A stretch of 63,880 bases of DNA, the filler included, from Octopus bimaculoides (Eukaryota): NCBI RefSeq assembly GCF_001194135.2. It is 7 parts of 7 records of this genome, joined end to end, with 100 filler letters (N's around TTAATTAATTAA, not from the genome) between each part and the next. Parts side by side here need not be neighbours in the genome. Positions count along the whole stretch, not along the records: positions 29,051 to 38,899 come from NC_069002.1; positions 39,000 to 44,866 come from NC_068999.1; positions 44,967 to 50,805 come from NC_069000.1; 4 more parts are not named here. One strand, 5' to 3'. Numbering within the stretch: the stretch's first letter is position 1; the number at the start of each line of letters is the position of its first letter. Under the pieces are notes generated by a model. That model saw nothing but the letters and a program-made list of their open reading frames with translations, was not told where the DNA came from and did no database searches. This document shows, piece after piece, positions 36,313-49,053 of the stretch. Both the position numbers and the translations under genes were made by a program.

Positions 36313-37948
36313 GTACAGAAGGTGGTAAAACTCTGAGTAAGGAGTAGACACGTACCATATATATGTGTATGTATGCATGTATGCGTGTAAGTATGAATGC
36401 ACGTATGAATGCACGTATGTATGTGTGATATGTGTGTGTGTTTTATATTATTTGCATGAAACATTCAATGCTTTCTAGCAAGGACGTTTTTTCCCATCAC
36501 CAGATTTCTAATGACAAACAACAACACAAAGTAACAGGCTGAAATTCAGAAAAGCATTGCATATCTTCACGTTCCACTGGCGTTTTGTATTTGTAAACTG
36601 TATGGCATCCAGTCTCTTTCTTTTGTCTGAAAAAAAAAAACCCAAATATCTTCGAGATTGCAACGAATACATTTACTAATATCAAGAAGTGTATCAATGA
36701 TTATAGGTACAAATGTAAATTTATAATCCGGATATTGAAGCTACCGATTTCGTAGTAGCTGTCCGTAAATATTCTCTATCTCACTGGTTTGGAAAGAAAT
36801 GGTCACACTGGCATGGAAGCTGATCTCTACAACTTGACATTATTTTTCATTTCTGTTCCCAGCAAATTTATCAAGCCAGTTATGTTTGAAGTTTGCTGCC
36901 GCTTTGATGCGAAAGTTGCAGCAATATGCCTTCTGGAGAAACGTATGCTTGAATATATTGTACAACAGAAATGTTTTCTATATTTTACGTAGGATAATCT
37001 TCCTACATATGATATTGTATATTGTTTTCGCAACAACATTAAAGTGCATTCAAAGGTATTATCATATCGACACTTTTGGTTTGCTACTGATCGCGTGTGC
37101 AATATCTTCCACAGAGAAGTGACATAATCGACATTTTCGGTTGCATCTTGGGAGATTAGGCTCTTCGCATTCTCTCTTTATTTTGTCAAGTATTTTGTAG
37201 CAAATTATCTGTTTCTCGTTTACGAAATAATAGCCTCCAAAATATTGCGGTATAAACCGGTCATGGAATAAAGAGAGGCTATACTTCCCCTCACTAATAA
37301 CATCATTCTTTAACCGGATTATGTATGTACAACTGGCTTATTACCCAGAAGGTTTTTGTGGTTCACGACAATGCTTGTTCGTTTCAAATTTGACCAGCTA
37401 CCTGCCTGTCATGGGTTTTCGATCACCGTCCTTTAAAACTTAAGAAGCTTTCAATGATTTCTCTTTTCATCTTTTGTGGTCACAAATATTGTGATTGTTT
37501 GCAGCGTGTCAATAAAAGAGTTGTCCCTCCTCCAAAAGAATCCTTAGTTCAAAGTTGCAGGCAGATTGGTACGTAAGGGGATGCCTCAAAAAGAATAATG
37601 ATAATATATGGTGGGTACTAGATTGCCAACTATATATATATAATTAAATATATGAATTTCTTCTATCTTAATGAATAAAAATTCTTCGGATAGAATAAAT
37701 GGGTTAATAGAAACCAATGTAGCAAAGAACACAAAATAACTGTGGTGTAGTTCCTGTTTTTAAGGCAGGAACTCCTTGAAATTTTGGGTATTTGAGTATA
37801 TTTAAAAATGTATATATNNNNNNNNNNNNNNNNNNNNNNNNNNNNNNNNNNNNNNNNNNNNNNNNNNNNNNNNNNNNNNNNNNNNNNNNNNNNNNNNNNN
37901 NNNNNNNNNNNNNNNNNNNNNATATATATATATATATGTATGTATATG

Positions 37949-37986
<38 letters not shown>

Positions 37987-38509
37987 TACACACACACACA
38001 CATATAAATGTCTATATGTCTGTGTGAGTGTGTGAGTGCTTGTGAGTATGTGTGTGTATGTGGATGTATATGTGAATGTCAAAACTATGCTCTTATGCAC
38101 GTGTAATGGGGAGACATGAGGACGAGTCTCCTGTAAGACCGTTTCAGCAGTTATTCTTTGCTCCTCAGAAGGACGTCCAATCTTTTCTCCCATAGTCTTT
38201 GATGTAGAATATAGATCTTCTATAGAAAACATTAATGAATGACGCTGCATCTTTCTTGGTTAATTTTGCTCGCACGTTTCTGCTTCGCATGTGTTGTCAT
38301 AAATTATATTATATCGATTTTATCTACAACGATTCATAAATGAGAATATAAGAAACATATATATTTAAATCTTGCAGAGATTCGCTGTAGCTGAAATACG
38401 GACGTTATCACATCCCTTCTGTATTATTGATGTTCAAGAATAAAAGGGAAACATCTGACAGACCAATATATGTAGTGAGATAAAGATATATGTATATATG
38501 TATGTATCT

Positions 38510-38534
38510 CTCTATCTATATCTGTATATTTATC

Positions 38535-38618
<84 letters not shown>
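38510..38618. repeat. (TATC)n microsatellite
   Basis: read directly. Confidence 0.95.
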
Positions 38619-38619
<1 letters not shown>

Positions 38620-38853
38620 GTAAACACATGCACATATATATACTAACACACACACACATTAATATACATATCTGTATACACACTAACACATAAAAAGATA
38701 AAAAGATATATCTATATATATGCATGCAAATGTAAATATGTATGCATGCATATATGTGTGCGTTTGTATGTTAGTGTATGTGTATGTATTTATATATCTA
38801 CGTTTGTATTTGTATATACGTATTCATGCATGTACGTACGTATATATATATAG

Positions 38854-38899
<46 letters not shown>

Positions 38900-38999
38900 N
38901 NNNNNNNNNNNNNNNNNNNNNNNNNNNNNNNNNNNNNNNNNNNTTAATTAATTAANNNNNNNNNNNNNNNNNNNNNNNNNNNNNNNNNNNNNNNNNNNN
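38900..38999. other. Artificial 100-bp scaffold spacer
   Basis: 44 N + TTAATTAATTAA + 44 N. Confidence 0.97.
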
Positions 39000-39053
<54 letters not shown>

Positions 39054-39612
39054 TGTGTGTATAGAGTGTTTGAAGTGGTGTACGAATATTGTATATTAAG
39101 AGAAAAAAAGGCAACCAGAATTTTGGATAATTCTTTATTAGTGCTTTTGTTTATTTATATGAACTCTTCAAGAAAATAAAACCATATATATGATAAGCTT
39201 CTTTCAATTTTCACCTACCAAATCCACTCACAAATCATTGGTCAGTAGAAGACACTTGCCCAAGATGTCACACAGTGGAGCTGAACCCAAACCCATGTGG
39301 CTGGGAAGCAAACTTCTTACCACATGGCTGAGCTGTGCGTCTTTATGTTTGTGCATGTTCCCCACCACCTCTTGAGAACTAGTGTTGGTTTGTTTTCATC
39401 CTTGTAACTTAGCATTTAGACAAAAGAGACCAATAGAATAAGTACAAGGCTTTGCTCAAAACCCTTCAAGGTGGTGCCCCAGCATGGTCACAGGCCATTG
39501 ACTGCAACAAGTGAAGATAAAAGATAAACACACATATGTGTATATGCACAAACACAAACACACATACACACACATATATTAATATATACGCATGTCTTAT
39601 TTCTTTTTTCAG

Positions 39613-40479
39613 GTGGTCAATACTCCTCCAGAAAATCAGACAACAGGCTATGATTCCATGGAAACTTTATCTGAAGACAGTTTACCAACTGATGCAGCAA
39701 ACCATATTCCAAGCTATATTCAAAATAATGAGCTACAAGACAATGCAGAAAATTGTACTTACGAATCATTTGCTTTAAGTGAACATCTAACTAAACCAGT
39801 TCCTACATGTGTGAATGGTAACATGAAGGGAAATGTCTCCAGTAGAACAGCTTATGCTGATGAACCAGAAAGTTCCTTCAATGAGCTTTCATCTGCATCA
39901 GTTCCCATATGTGTGAATGGTAACATGAAAGAAAATGTCTCCAGTGACCCAGATTATGTTGATGAACCAAATGATCTTAACAAACTTGTATCTAATTCTA
40001 TTCCTCCATGTAAAAATACAAACAGTAATGGGAGTATCACAGATTATATATTCTCTGAACCAGATTATATTTCAGAAATCCCCGAAGAAAGCACTAACTC
40101 TTATAAAAGTAAACCTTTGAAAGGACAAATTTTACAAACTGAAAATAAAGAAAGTGATCAGATAGGAACTTCAACGTTTAATGGTAGAACAGACGAAGAA
40201 AATGTAAAAGTGAATTGTAATGATGATTATGTACCACATGAGCACGTTGTAGAGGCTATGGAATCTTCATTAGATGAGGTTCAAGACAAAAATATTCAAA
40301 AAGAAAGACAAGGAATATCTCAAAATTCAATGAATTCTTGTAATCTTGTAAATACTAATGTTCATAAACCATCAGATTCTTTGCAAAGAGTAGATAAAAA
40401 ATTGAATAAATTACAACAAAAAGACACACAACAAAAACCTGATACAATAGATTATGTCAAAACAGAAATTTACTTATGA
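39613..40479 (+). CDS. Orphan terminal coding exon: acidic, low-complexity, Tyr-motif-rich, possibly a receptor cytoplasmic tail
   Basis: ttcttttttcAG acceptor; 288 open codons to TGA in AT-rich DNA; internal 102-nt repeat; ends ..PDTIDYVKTEIYL*; no upstream exon in the same assembly segment. Confidence 0.8.
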   Translation: MVNTPPENQTTGYDSMETLSEDSLPTDAANHIPSYIQNNELQDNAENCTYESFALSEHLTKPVPTCVNGNMKGNVSSRTAYADEPESSFNELSSASVPICVNGNMKENVSSDPDYVDEPNDLNKLVSNSIPPCKNTNSNGSITDYIFSEPDYISEIPEESTNSYKSKPLKGQILQTENKESDQIGTSTFNGRTDEENVKVNCNDDYVPHEHVVEAMESSLDEVQDKNIQKERQGISQNSMNSCNLVNTNVHKPSDSLQRVDKKLNKLQQKDTQQKPDTIDYVKTEIYL

Positions 40480-41228
40480 TTAACTTAATGAGGTTTAAAA
40501 GAAAAATTCATTGAAATGTGAGATTTTTTATATAATGTGATTACCAAAAAAAAATTATATCTTTTAGCACATGACTAAAGAACACAGTTCTTTATTCATG
40601 TGTTAAAAATATGCATATTCCAAGAGTCAAGTCAGCAAGCATTTATTTATCAATTTATCAAATGTTACCAAGAATGTTCCAGAGATGACTATCCAGCCTT
40701 TTATGGGGGTCAGGAAATTTTTTTTGTTTTCAAATTTTTCTACCATAACATAGAAAGTGTTTCACTTGAGACTCTCTCATCTTTTTATTTTTTTTACAAA
40801 ATCAGAAGTTTCCATTTCAAATTTTCCAGCTATGACCATCCTGTTCTTTTTTATATTTATAAAAAGATGCAAGCAGAGCGATGTGATAAGAAGTTTTGCT
40901 TCTCAGCAATATAGTTTCAGGTTCAGATCCACTGCATGGCACCTTGGGCAGTTGTCTTCTACTGTAGTGCTTGGCCAATCTAAGCTTTGTGTGTGGATTT
41001 GGCTGACAGAAACTCTGTGTGTGTATGTGTGTGTGTGTGTGCGGTAACGGGAAGGGCATCTGGCTATAGAAAATCCACCTCAACAAATTCAATTCAACCC
41101 ATGCAAACATAGAAAAGTGGACATTAAAACAATGATGATGATGTTGATGAAGAACTAAAGCATTCAAGCCATGATTATCCCACCTTTTTACAATTTCAAA
41201 TTTCAACTCAGGGGTCACAGAAAACAAA

Positions 41229-41283
<55 letters not shown>

Positions 41284-42865
41284 TTAATAATAAAAGAATA
41301 TAAATCAAAATTAAAAATAATTAATATAATTTACAAAAAAAAAAAAAAACTCCCACCTGATCTATTTCACTGTATGCAGTCCATTCATTTGACCTTATCT
41401 GAGAACGTGGCAGCAGTCTGTTTGGTTCTGATATAACTTTTTGTGATTGAGGACAAGTACAGCAAAATATCTCTAGATATGATTCTACATTATTTATTTT
41501 GAATTATATTGATCTCTGCATTCTTGTGCATACTGACAAAAGCATCTTTTTTGATTCTTCATAAAAATGTATTTATCATTTTGAATTGAATTTTGAATTT
41601 GGTTAATTTTGATTCATAAGGGTCCATGTGGTTAAGCAGTTCACTTACCAACTGTATGCTTTCCGGTTCATTCCCACTGCTTGGCACCTCGGGCTAGTGT
41701 CTTCTTCTATAGCCTTGGAACAACCAAAGCCTTGTGAGTGAATTTAAAAGAGAGAAACTGAAAGAAGATCATCCTATATGTATATATATATAAACGTGTG
41801 TGCATGCTTGTGTGTGTATTTGTTTCATTAAGGAATAAATTATAAATCAGCATCAATATCGTACAACTGACATCTCATATCATTATCACTCTTCCATAGA
41901 AAACATGTCTGGCCTGGGCAAATATTACCTTGTTTGTAAAAAGGGTTGGGTTGGGGACAGGAAGAGCATCTGGCTGTGGAAAAACCTGCTTCAGCTAATT
42001 CCATCTAAACAATGCAGGCATCGAAAGATGGTTGTTGAAGATGATTGTCTTGGAATCTGAATTAGAAACTAAAAGATCACAGTTAGAATACTTTTGTTGT
42101 AAATAATATGAAAGAAAAATCTCTGAATCTCTGGAAAATATGGTTTACTGATTATGGTTGAAGAATTTAAAAGAAAAAATAAACTCTCTGATCCCGAAAA
42201 GATGAGATGGTCACAGATAAAACATTTTGAAAACAATGATGATTATGATAATGATTCATTTTCACTTATGAGAAAAATAGTTTCTGGTTCCATAAAAAAA
42301 AAATAGGATGGTTGAGATTAAAATATTATCATTCTTTGGAGTGCTTAATTAGCATAAATAAATAAATTCTGATTCTTTGATTACCATTGAGATTTGCATA
42401 TTTTTCATGCATTTGCAAAGAATGATTCTGAAAAATATCTATTTTGAACCATAAAGGAAAGAATCCTAACAAACAACAACAGAGATTCAGTCAACTTTGT
42501 ACTCAGCACAGTCTTGCAACACAGTTGCATGTTACTGCACAGTTTCACTGAAAATCCACGAAAACGACGACTAGACTGGTAACTGTACCATTGACCCCGG
42601 TCAATATTTTATTTTGTTGTCACTATGTCTGACTTTACAGGACAGTTGTCTCAATTTTTTTTTTTTTGTATTGATTGGGGTACAAACAGTCTTAACCACA
42701 GCTGTTTGTATCCTTTTTCTAAAAATCAATAATCTTGTAATATAAACATAATTTTATTTGTTCTACATATGTAAAAAAAAAAAACCATGAAATATGCTTG
42801 TTGTTCTTTTTCTCCTTTTTTCTTATTGCTGTTTAACTTGGTTCTAGGCAAATACCTCTGCTGTA

Positions 42866-42940
42866 AATTCCACCACAGAAAATTCCACAGAAAATTCCAC
42901 AGAAAATTCCACAGAAAATTCCACAGAAAATTCCACCACA
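42866..42940. repeat. 12-bp tandem repeat (ACAGAAAATTCC), about five copies
   Basis: read directly; degenerate aaattccacc copies on both flanks. Confidence 0.9.
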
Positions 42941-43314
42941 ATGAATTTCACAATAGGTAAAATCCACCATGGTAAATTCCACCCGCTAATGATCACCATT
43001 GTCAGTTTCTCTAGACTGTGGGTCTGTCTATCTCTCAAGTCTTAAGAAGAGAGAGAGAGAGTCTGAAGGTGAGATAGAAAATAATCTTTATAATCTACTT
43101 GAATGAAATGGAATTTACTGGTCACCATTTATGCTAGGGAAAATGCTTAGCAGCATTTCATCCAACTACGTTCTGGGTTCAAGTGCTGCCAGGGTTAACT
43201 TTGCCTTTCATCTTTTCATTCAGGTGTTGATAAAATAGAGTTAATCTCTAGTTTGTCACCCGGTCATAAAAATAAAAAATAATAGTGTAATCGGTGTAAC
43301 ACAATGTGTAGTAA

Positions 43315-44215
43315 TAGACTAGAGAAGAAGAGATTGATGATGATGCATTGTTGCAAGTCATTGAAGCCGATCCAAAGCAAACTGCACGCCAACTTGTGGT
43401 ACAGTTTGGCATCTCCCATGTCACGATCATCAACCACCTGCGTCATCTCGGCAAGGTCAGCAAGCTTGGAAAATGGGTGCCACATGAATTAACTGAAGCG
43501 AACAAACAAGCACGTGTCACTGCATGTCAAAGTCTGCTCTGGCGAAGCCAAAGATTCGATTGGTTGGAGTCAGTAATTACTATGGATGAAAAGTGGGTAC
43601 TGTACTCCAATGTGAGGCGCAGACGATCCTGATGTAGCAAAGGTCAACAGCCAAAACCTTCGCCAAAAAGGACCGCTTGTGCAAAAGAAGGTTATGATCT
43701 CAGCTTGGTGGGATTGCTGTGGTGTGATCATGTCGGATCTTTTTCCACGCAGTACCACCATTGACAAGGATGTCTACTGCGACCATCTAAAGATCATGCT
43801 GGCCGAAAAGCACTCAAATTTGAAGAAGATAATTTACCACCAAGACAACACGGCAGCACATCATGCAAAGAAGACATCAGAGAAGCTGAAAGAGGCGGGC
43901 TGGGAGATTATGGTGCACCCACCATATTCTCCTGACCTTGCCCCTTCTGACTACCACTTATTCTCTATCTTACAATGCGTGATTGGTGATACAGAGCTCA
44001 AAAACGAAGAAGATGTGAAATCGTTCCTTTACGACTTTATTGATTCAAAGCCATGCAATTTCTGGATGAAAGGATTCAAAACTTTGCCTGAAAGATGGCA
44101 AAAGGTGATCGATAACGAGGGTGATTACCTTTTGGATTGATTGTTTTTTGTTGTTTTTATAATTGTTAATAAAGTAATATGTTAAAAGTATCCAAGAACT
44201 TTCTTGAGTACATAC
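43315..44215 (+). mobile_element. Mariner (DD34D) transposase pseudogene, 5'-truncated
   Basis: GKWVPHELT, ITMDEKWVLYSN, YHQDN, HPPYSPDLAPSDYHLF, LPERWQKVIDNEGDY; in-frame TGA at 43630 and a frameshift near 43670; no left TIR found. Confidence 0.93.
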
Positions 44216-44569
44216 ATATATGTTTGTGTGTGTGTGTGCATATACATGGTTGTGTGAGTGTGTATGTATGTAGAGGTTGTGAATGTAGGAGGTTTATGTC
44301 TATGTATTGTGAGAATATGGTTGTGTGTATATTTTTATATATATATTTTATATATTTTTTTATGTCTTAAATCTTTTTTCTTTTTTTTATTTTTCTACCT
44401 ATTACAGTTACTTACCTTATATTTAACGGTTTTTCATAGCATCTGTTGCCATTAATAGCCAACAAGAATGTATGGTAGCTCTTCGCTCTGGCATTCAAAA
44501 GTCTGAGTACTATAATGACAACCTTTTACTGCTTGCTCTAATTTATAACTTAATAATTACAGAGGCATC

Positions 44570-44866
44570 AAGCTGTTAGATCAGGTTATGAAAGTTACGG
44601 AGAGGGTCATAGCCCAACTAATTAGGGAGCAAATCAATTTAGATGAGATGCAGTTTGGGTTCGTGCCAGGTAAAAGCACCACTGATGCCATATTTCTAGT
44701 AAGACAGCTGCAGGAGAAATATCTAGCCAAGGATAAACCTCTGTACCTGGCCTTCGTTGACATGGAGAAAGCCTTTGACAGGGTCCCCCGATCCCTTATC
44801 TGGTGGTCAATGAGGAAACTTGGGATAGAAGAATGGTTAGTGAGAGCTGTGCGAGCCATGTACAGA
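44570..44866 (+). mobile_element. RTE-clade LINE RT fragment, open frame, cut by a spacer
   Basis: QFGFVPGKSTTDAIFLVRQLQEKYL..LYLAFVDMEKAFDRVPR. Confidence 0.9.
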
Positions 44867-44966
44867 NNNNNNNNNNNNNNNNNNNNNNNNNNNNNNNNNN
44901 NNNNNNNNNNTTAATTAATTAANNNNNNNNNNNNNNNNNNNNNNNNNNNNNNNNNNNNNNNNNNNN
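44867..44966. other. Artificial 100-bp scaffold spacer
   Basis: 44 N + TTAATTAATTAA + 44 N. Confidence 0.97.
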
Positions 44967-45384
44967 TGTGTGTGTGTGTGTGTGTGTGTGTGTGTTGGTG
45001 TGTCTGTGTTTGTCCTCCCAACATCGCTTGACAACCGATGCAGGTGTATTCACGTCCCCGTAACTTAGCTAACCGCCTACACTTTTTTCTGCAAAATAGG
45101 GGTAGTTTATCCTGTTCAGGCTATATTATTAGCACTATCCTGCGATTGAGAATTTTAAATCACTTCTTTAACTTTCTAACGCTTCTAAACGCTTCTAAAA
45201 GCAAACTTCGTTTGTTTGTTTACGTTTATCGTAATTTGAATTTAATATATATATGTGTGTGTGTGTGTGTGTTTGTGTGTCTGTGTTTTTCCCCCTACCA
45301 TAATTTTATAACCGACGTTGGTGTGTTTATGTCCGATAGAATAAGTTCCGACAGAATAAGTTCTGGGGTCGATTTGTTCGACTA

Positions 45385-48300
45385 AATGATAGCCACCGCC
45401 AAGACCAGGTCTTGACTATGTGGGTCACTTTGTTCGAAACCTCAGACCAGTTCTTTTCTATCTGGAGATCTGGGCCAACCCAGATTCCTAGCAACTTAAT
45501 CGGGCCCTCCGCCCAGCGTCCTACGACGCTATTCGAAGGCATCGACTTGCCCCTCCAGGTGCCGAGTTGCAAGCCGACCAACTTTTCCCGGTTAATTTTT
45601 GCTTCTGCCACCGTCTCGTAAACCTTAATGGTTTCATCTACTTGATGTAGGTGTTCCATCTTGGTCACGATGATAGTGATGTCGTCCGCGTATGCTGTAA
45701 CCAATCCTCCACCTTCTGGATTCGTCGGGATGCCTCTCAGCTTTCTCAGTAATGGCTCCAGGGCCATCACGTACAAAAGCGGAGAGAGCGGACACCCTTG
45801 GCAAACCGACCGTTTGATGCAGAACGACTTTGAGAAAAAGCCGTTCACCCGAACGATCGAGTCGATGTTATTGTATATGATCCACCTAAGGAAACCAAGA
45901 CCCAGTCCGAACCGCGCGAGAACAGAAACCAGGTACCGATGGTCCACCCTATCGAATGCTTATGTTGGTCTAAATGGACCAGTGCCCCGCCCTTGCCTGA
46001 TTTTTTTCCATACCCTTCTACAGTGTAGCGTATAAGATGAAGATTATCCTGGATGGTTCTGCCGGGGACTGCACAGGTTTGTGCCCCTCCCATCAGGCCA
46101 TCCGCGACACGCATCAATCTTTTTGCTAACACTTTGACTAAAATCTTCATCTCTGCGTTCAGCAGAGTGATAGGCCTGAAATTATCTATATTATCCCCCT
46201 TGTCCGGGTCCTTCCTGAGCAGCGTCACAACTCCCCGGTGAACAGATCTGGAGATAATTCCATTCTGCTGCCAGTTCGCATAAACGCTAGCCAGTATGTT
46301 CCCAAACAAGTCTGGCATACTTTTATACAGCTCGTAGGGAAGACCATCGAGACCCGGTGCCTTACCACCACCGCAGTCCGCTATGGCCTCATTTCCACGT
46401 TGAGCTTCTACAACCAGTGCCCATCCAGCGGCCTTGATTCCCTCGCTTCCCATTGCACGAAGTCTAGCTCTGACGATACACCCCATGTGTTTGGCTTCGA
46501 GGTGCTGGTTTAATTCCAGTCTTTTCACCTTCACATGGGATGCGTCGCCAGCTGTCATGGCTTCCTCTAGGGCCTTAACTAATTCATTTTCTTTCCTACG
46601 CCCTCTAGCCACTAACCCTATGCTATATCTAATAGACTCGAATTTAATGGCTCTTTTGAGGGCGTACCACCATTTGTTGTTGATAATGAAACCGGTTAAC
46701 GCCCTCTGTATTAGTAACTTAATCCAGCTCTTGTACTCCTCAATCGCCAAATGGGACTTATTGAGTTTCCAGTAGCCGGAACCCTTACTATATATCTTAT
46801 CTAGGTGAAGTTTACAAGTTACCATCTTGTGGTCACTGTAACTGACCAAGTGGAATTGTGGACGCGTAACTATTTCTTTATCCAATTTTCTAATAAATAT
46901 CCTATCTATGTAAGACTTTGAAGACCCGTCGCTATTTGACCATGTCCACAATGGAGCGTTCGGGAATTCTAGTCTGTAGGGATCTACTAGCTGAAAGTGG
47001 TTTAGTATATCTCGGAAGCCTATGTTCGGTTTCTATTAGGATTCGACCCAACACTATCCACTCGCGCATTGAGAATAATGTTAAAGTCTTCTAACACAAC
47101 TAGTGAACGTGACGTGCCTAGAAACTCCTCCAGTTCTCGGTAATAATCAGTCTGACTTGAATTAGGTGCATAAACAGCAACCAGCCTGATTTCCTTACCA
47201 CAGCTGAACGTCAGATCTAAAACGACCAGCTTACCTTCTGGATCAGAAAAAATCAACTTTTTCTCTGAAACTCGGTTTCTTTTAAGTAGGACCAACACCC
47301 CACCCCCGCCACCCAGCGGGCCTGGAGAAGCGAACCTCTCGTAGCCACTCAGGAGCGGGAACAGATCTCATCGCCCTTTTAACCGAGTTTCAGTAGCAAC
47401 AATGACATCTAAACTTTGTGCCCTGACGTCATTTAGGAAATGTCCTTGTTTCCAGCTTGACGCCAGGCCACGTACATTTATACATCCTACGTGAACAGCC
47501 ATTAAAGTGATTTACCTCAGTCGATGTCTGAAGGCGGAGGGTTATCCGCCTCCTTTTCTTTTTCTCGGACTCGCGATGTCGGAGTGATGAGGCCCTTATA
47601 TAGATTATCAGTAATGTCCAATCTGGGAGGGCCTACATCCTTACAAAATTCGTTAGCCAATATTTTACAGTTTTTCGTATCAGTCTTGAAGATGTGAAAT
47701 CCATTCAAACTTCCAGAGTTGTCTATTTTTTCTGCATGAAGCACTGCCAGCCGGTTCGCTAGATCTCGATTCGAGCTGTCAACCGCCATGTAGCAGTTTT
47801 CTTCTCTCTTTCTTGGTTTTTTAAATTGTCTTTGTTCACTTATTTTTTTCTTTTCCTTTTCAGTGGGGTGGGTGGATTCATTTTCCTCTTGTAGGTTACT
47901 GTTTCCCACCCCTCGCCTGCTTTTTCATCTGGTACAGGTGTTTGTTCCGCCGGTGTTACTGTAATCTCTTCTACCTCCTTTGTTTCTTGTTTTCATTTTC
48001 CTTGTAGTCCGCCCTGATGTGGCCCTTTTTACCACACTGGAAGCAACGAGGTTGGCGACCCTCTACCACGACTACTAGTCGGGTCTCACCAACCTCGATA
48101 ATCTCTGTTATTTGGTCCAGCGTGGTCTGTTCTGTTTGCATCACAATTCTCAGGCTCTGGTCATGCCAATTGCGTGGCTCCATCACAGCAGCTTCTTATA
48201 CAGATATTTTATCTTCTTGGCCCATAGTAACTGCCACGACAAGTCACTCTAATCCACCCCAGGAGGAATGTTACTTATTGTAACCCTTGAAGTTCTTCTG

Positions 48301-49053
48301 CCCATATATATGAGCAGAAGCACCACCTCTTCGTTTTTAACGGGTCGACTGAATGGAGTCGAGCTGCTTCTTCTGACTCCATTCTTACTTCGACGGTTGC
48401 ATACCGCCTACCTCTGTTTACGTACTTTACGAGGTGCCATTATAGGCTTTCAACATTTCTCACTTTCACTTTCTACGACGTAATCTATTTTCTTTTCTTT
48501 AACCTTGTAAGTCTTAAAAATTAGGGTTTTCTTCTCTACCTCTTGTTGAATTTCTTTTGGAGGGGCTACTTTAACTTCATTCCCCTCCTTCTAAAGTATT
48601 TCCTTGTGTTTATCTAAATTGTTCAGGTCTAGAATTAAAATTTTTGTACCTGCCGCAGCAGCAAAGTCTAATTTTTGGTTTTCTTCTATTTTTTCTTTTG
48701 TAATTAAACTTGCAACTTCAATGTTTCTTCTTGACATCGATGGTCTCGTAGTTTCTATTAATGTCTTTTCAACATTTATTTTCTACTTCTTCACTCAATA
48801 ATTTCTCCATATTCGAGCTTGCCATAATGCAAGCTTGCCCACACGGCAAGGCACAAAAAGAAAGTTTTCAAAAACCGTCCAACAAACGTTTCTACANNNN
48901 NNNNNNNNAAGTTTCTACAAATAACCAAATGGTTTCAGCAAAAAAAAAAAAAAATTTCAAAGTAATGAAACATCCACTTCTTCGTAAACCTCAAAACAAT
49001 CCAACAATAATTCAAAACACAACTGGCACGCACTGATTCGATTTTGGGATCGA
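45385..49053 (-). mobile_element. Tx1/L1-like non-LTR retrotransposon (unit C): decayed ORF1 (48825 to 47517) and ORF2 APE+RT (47502 to ~45385), 3' end missing
   Basis: ORF2 starts MAVHVGCINVRGL; motifs YWKLNKSHL, KAPGLDGLPYELY, NFRPITLLN, QGCPLSPLLY, AYADD, AKINREK; ORF1 zinc knuckle CFQCGKKGHIRAD; frameshifts and stops. Confidence 0.93.

Noticed and set aside
36863-36942. AG...GT-bounded candidate exon
   Set aside because: Two frames are open, neither is recognisable, and a spacer separates it from the 39613 exon.
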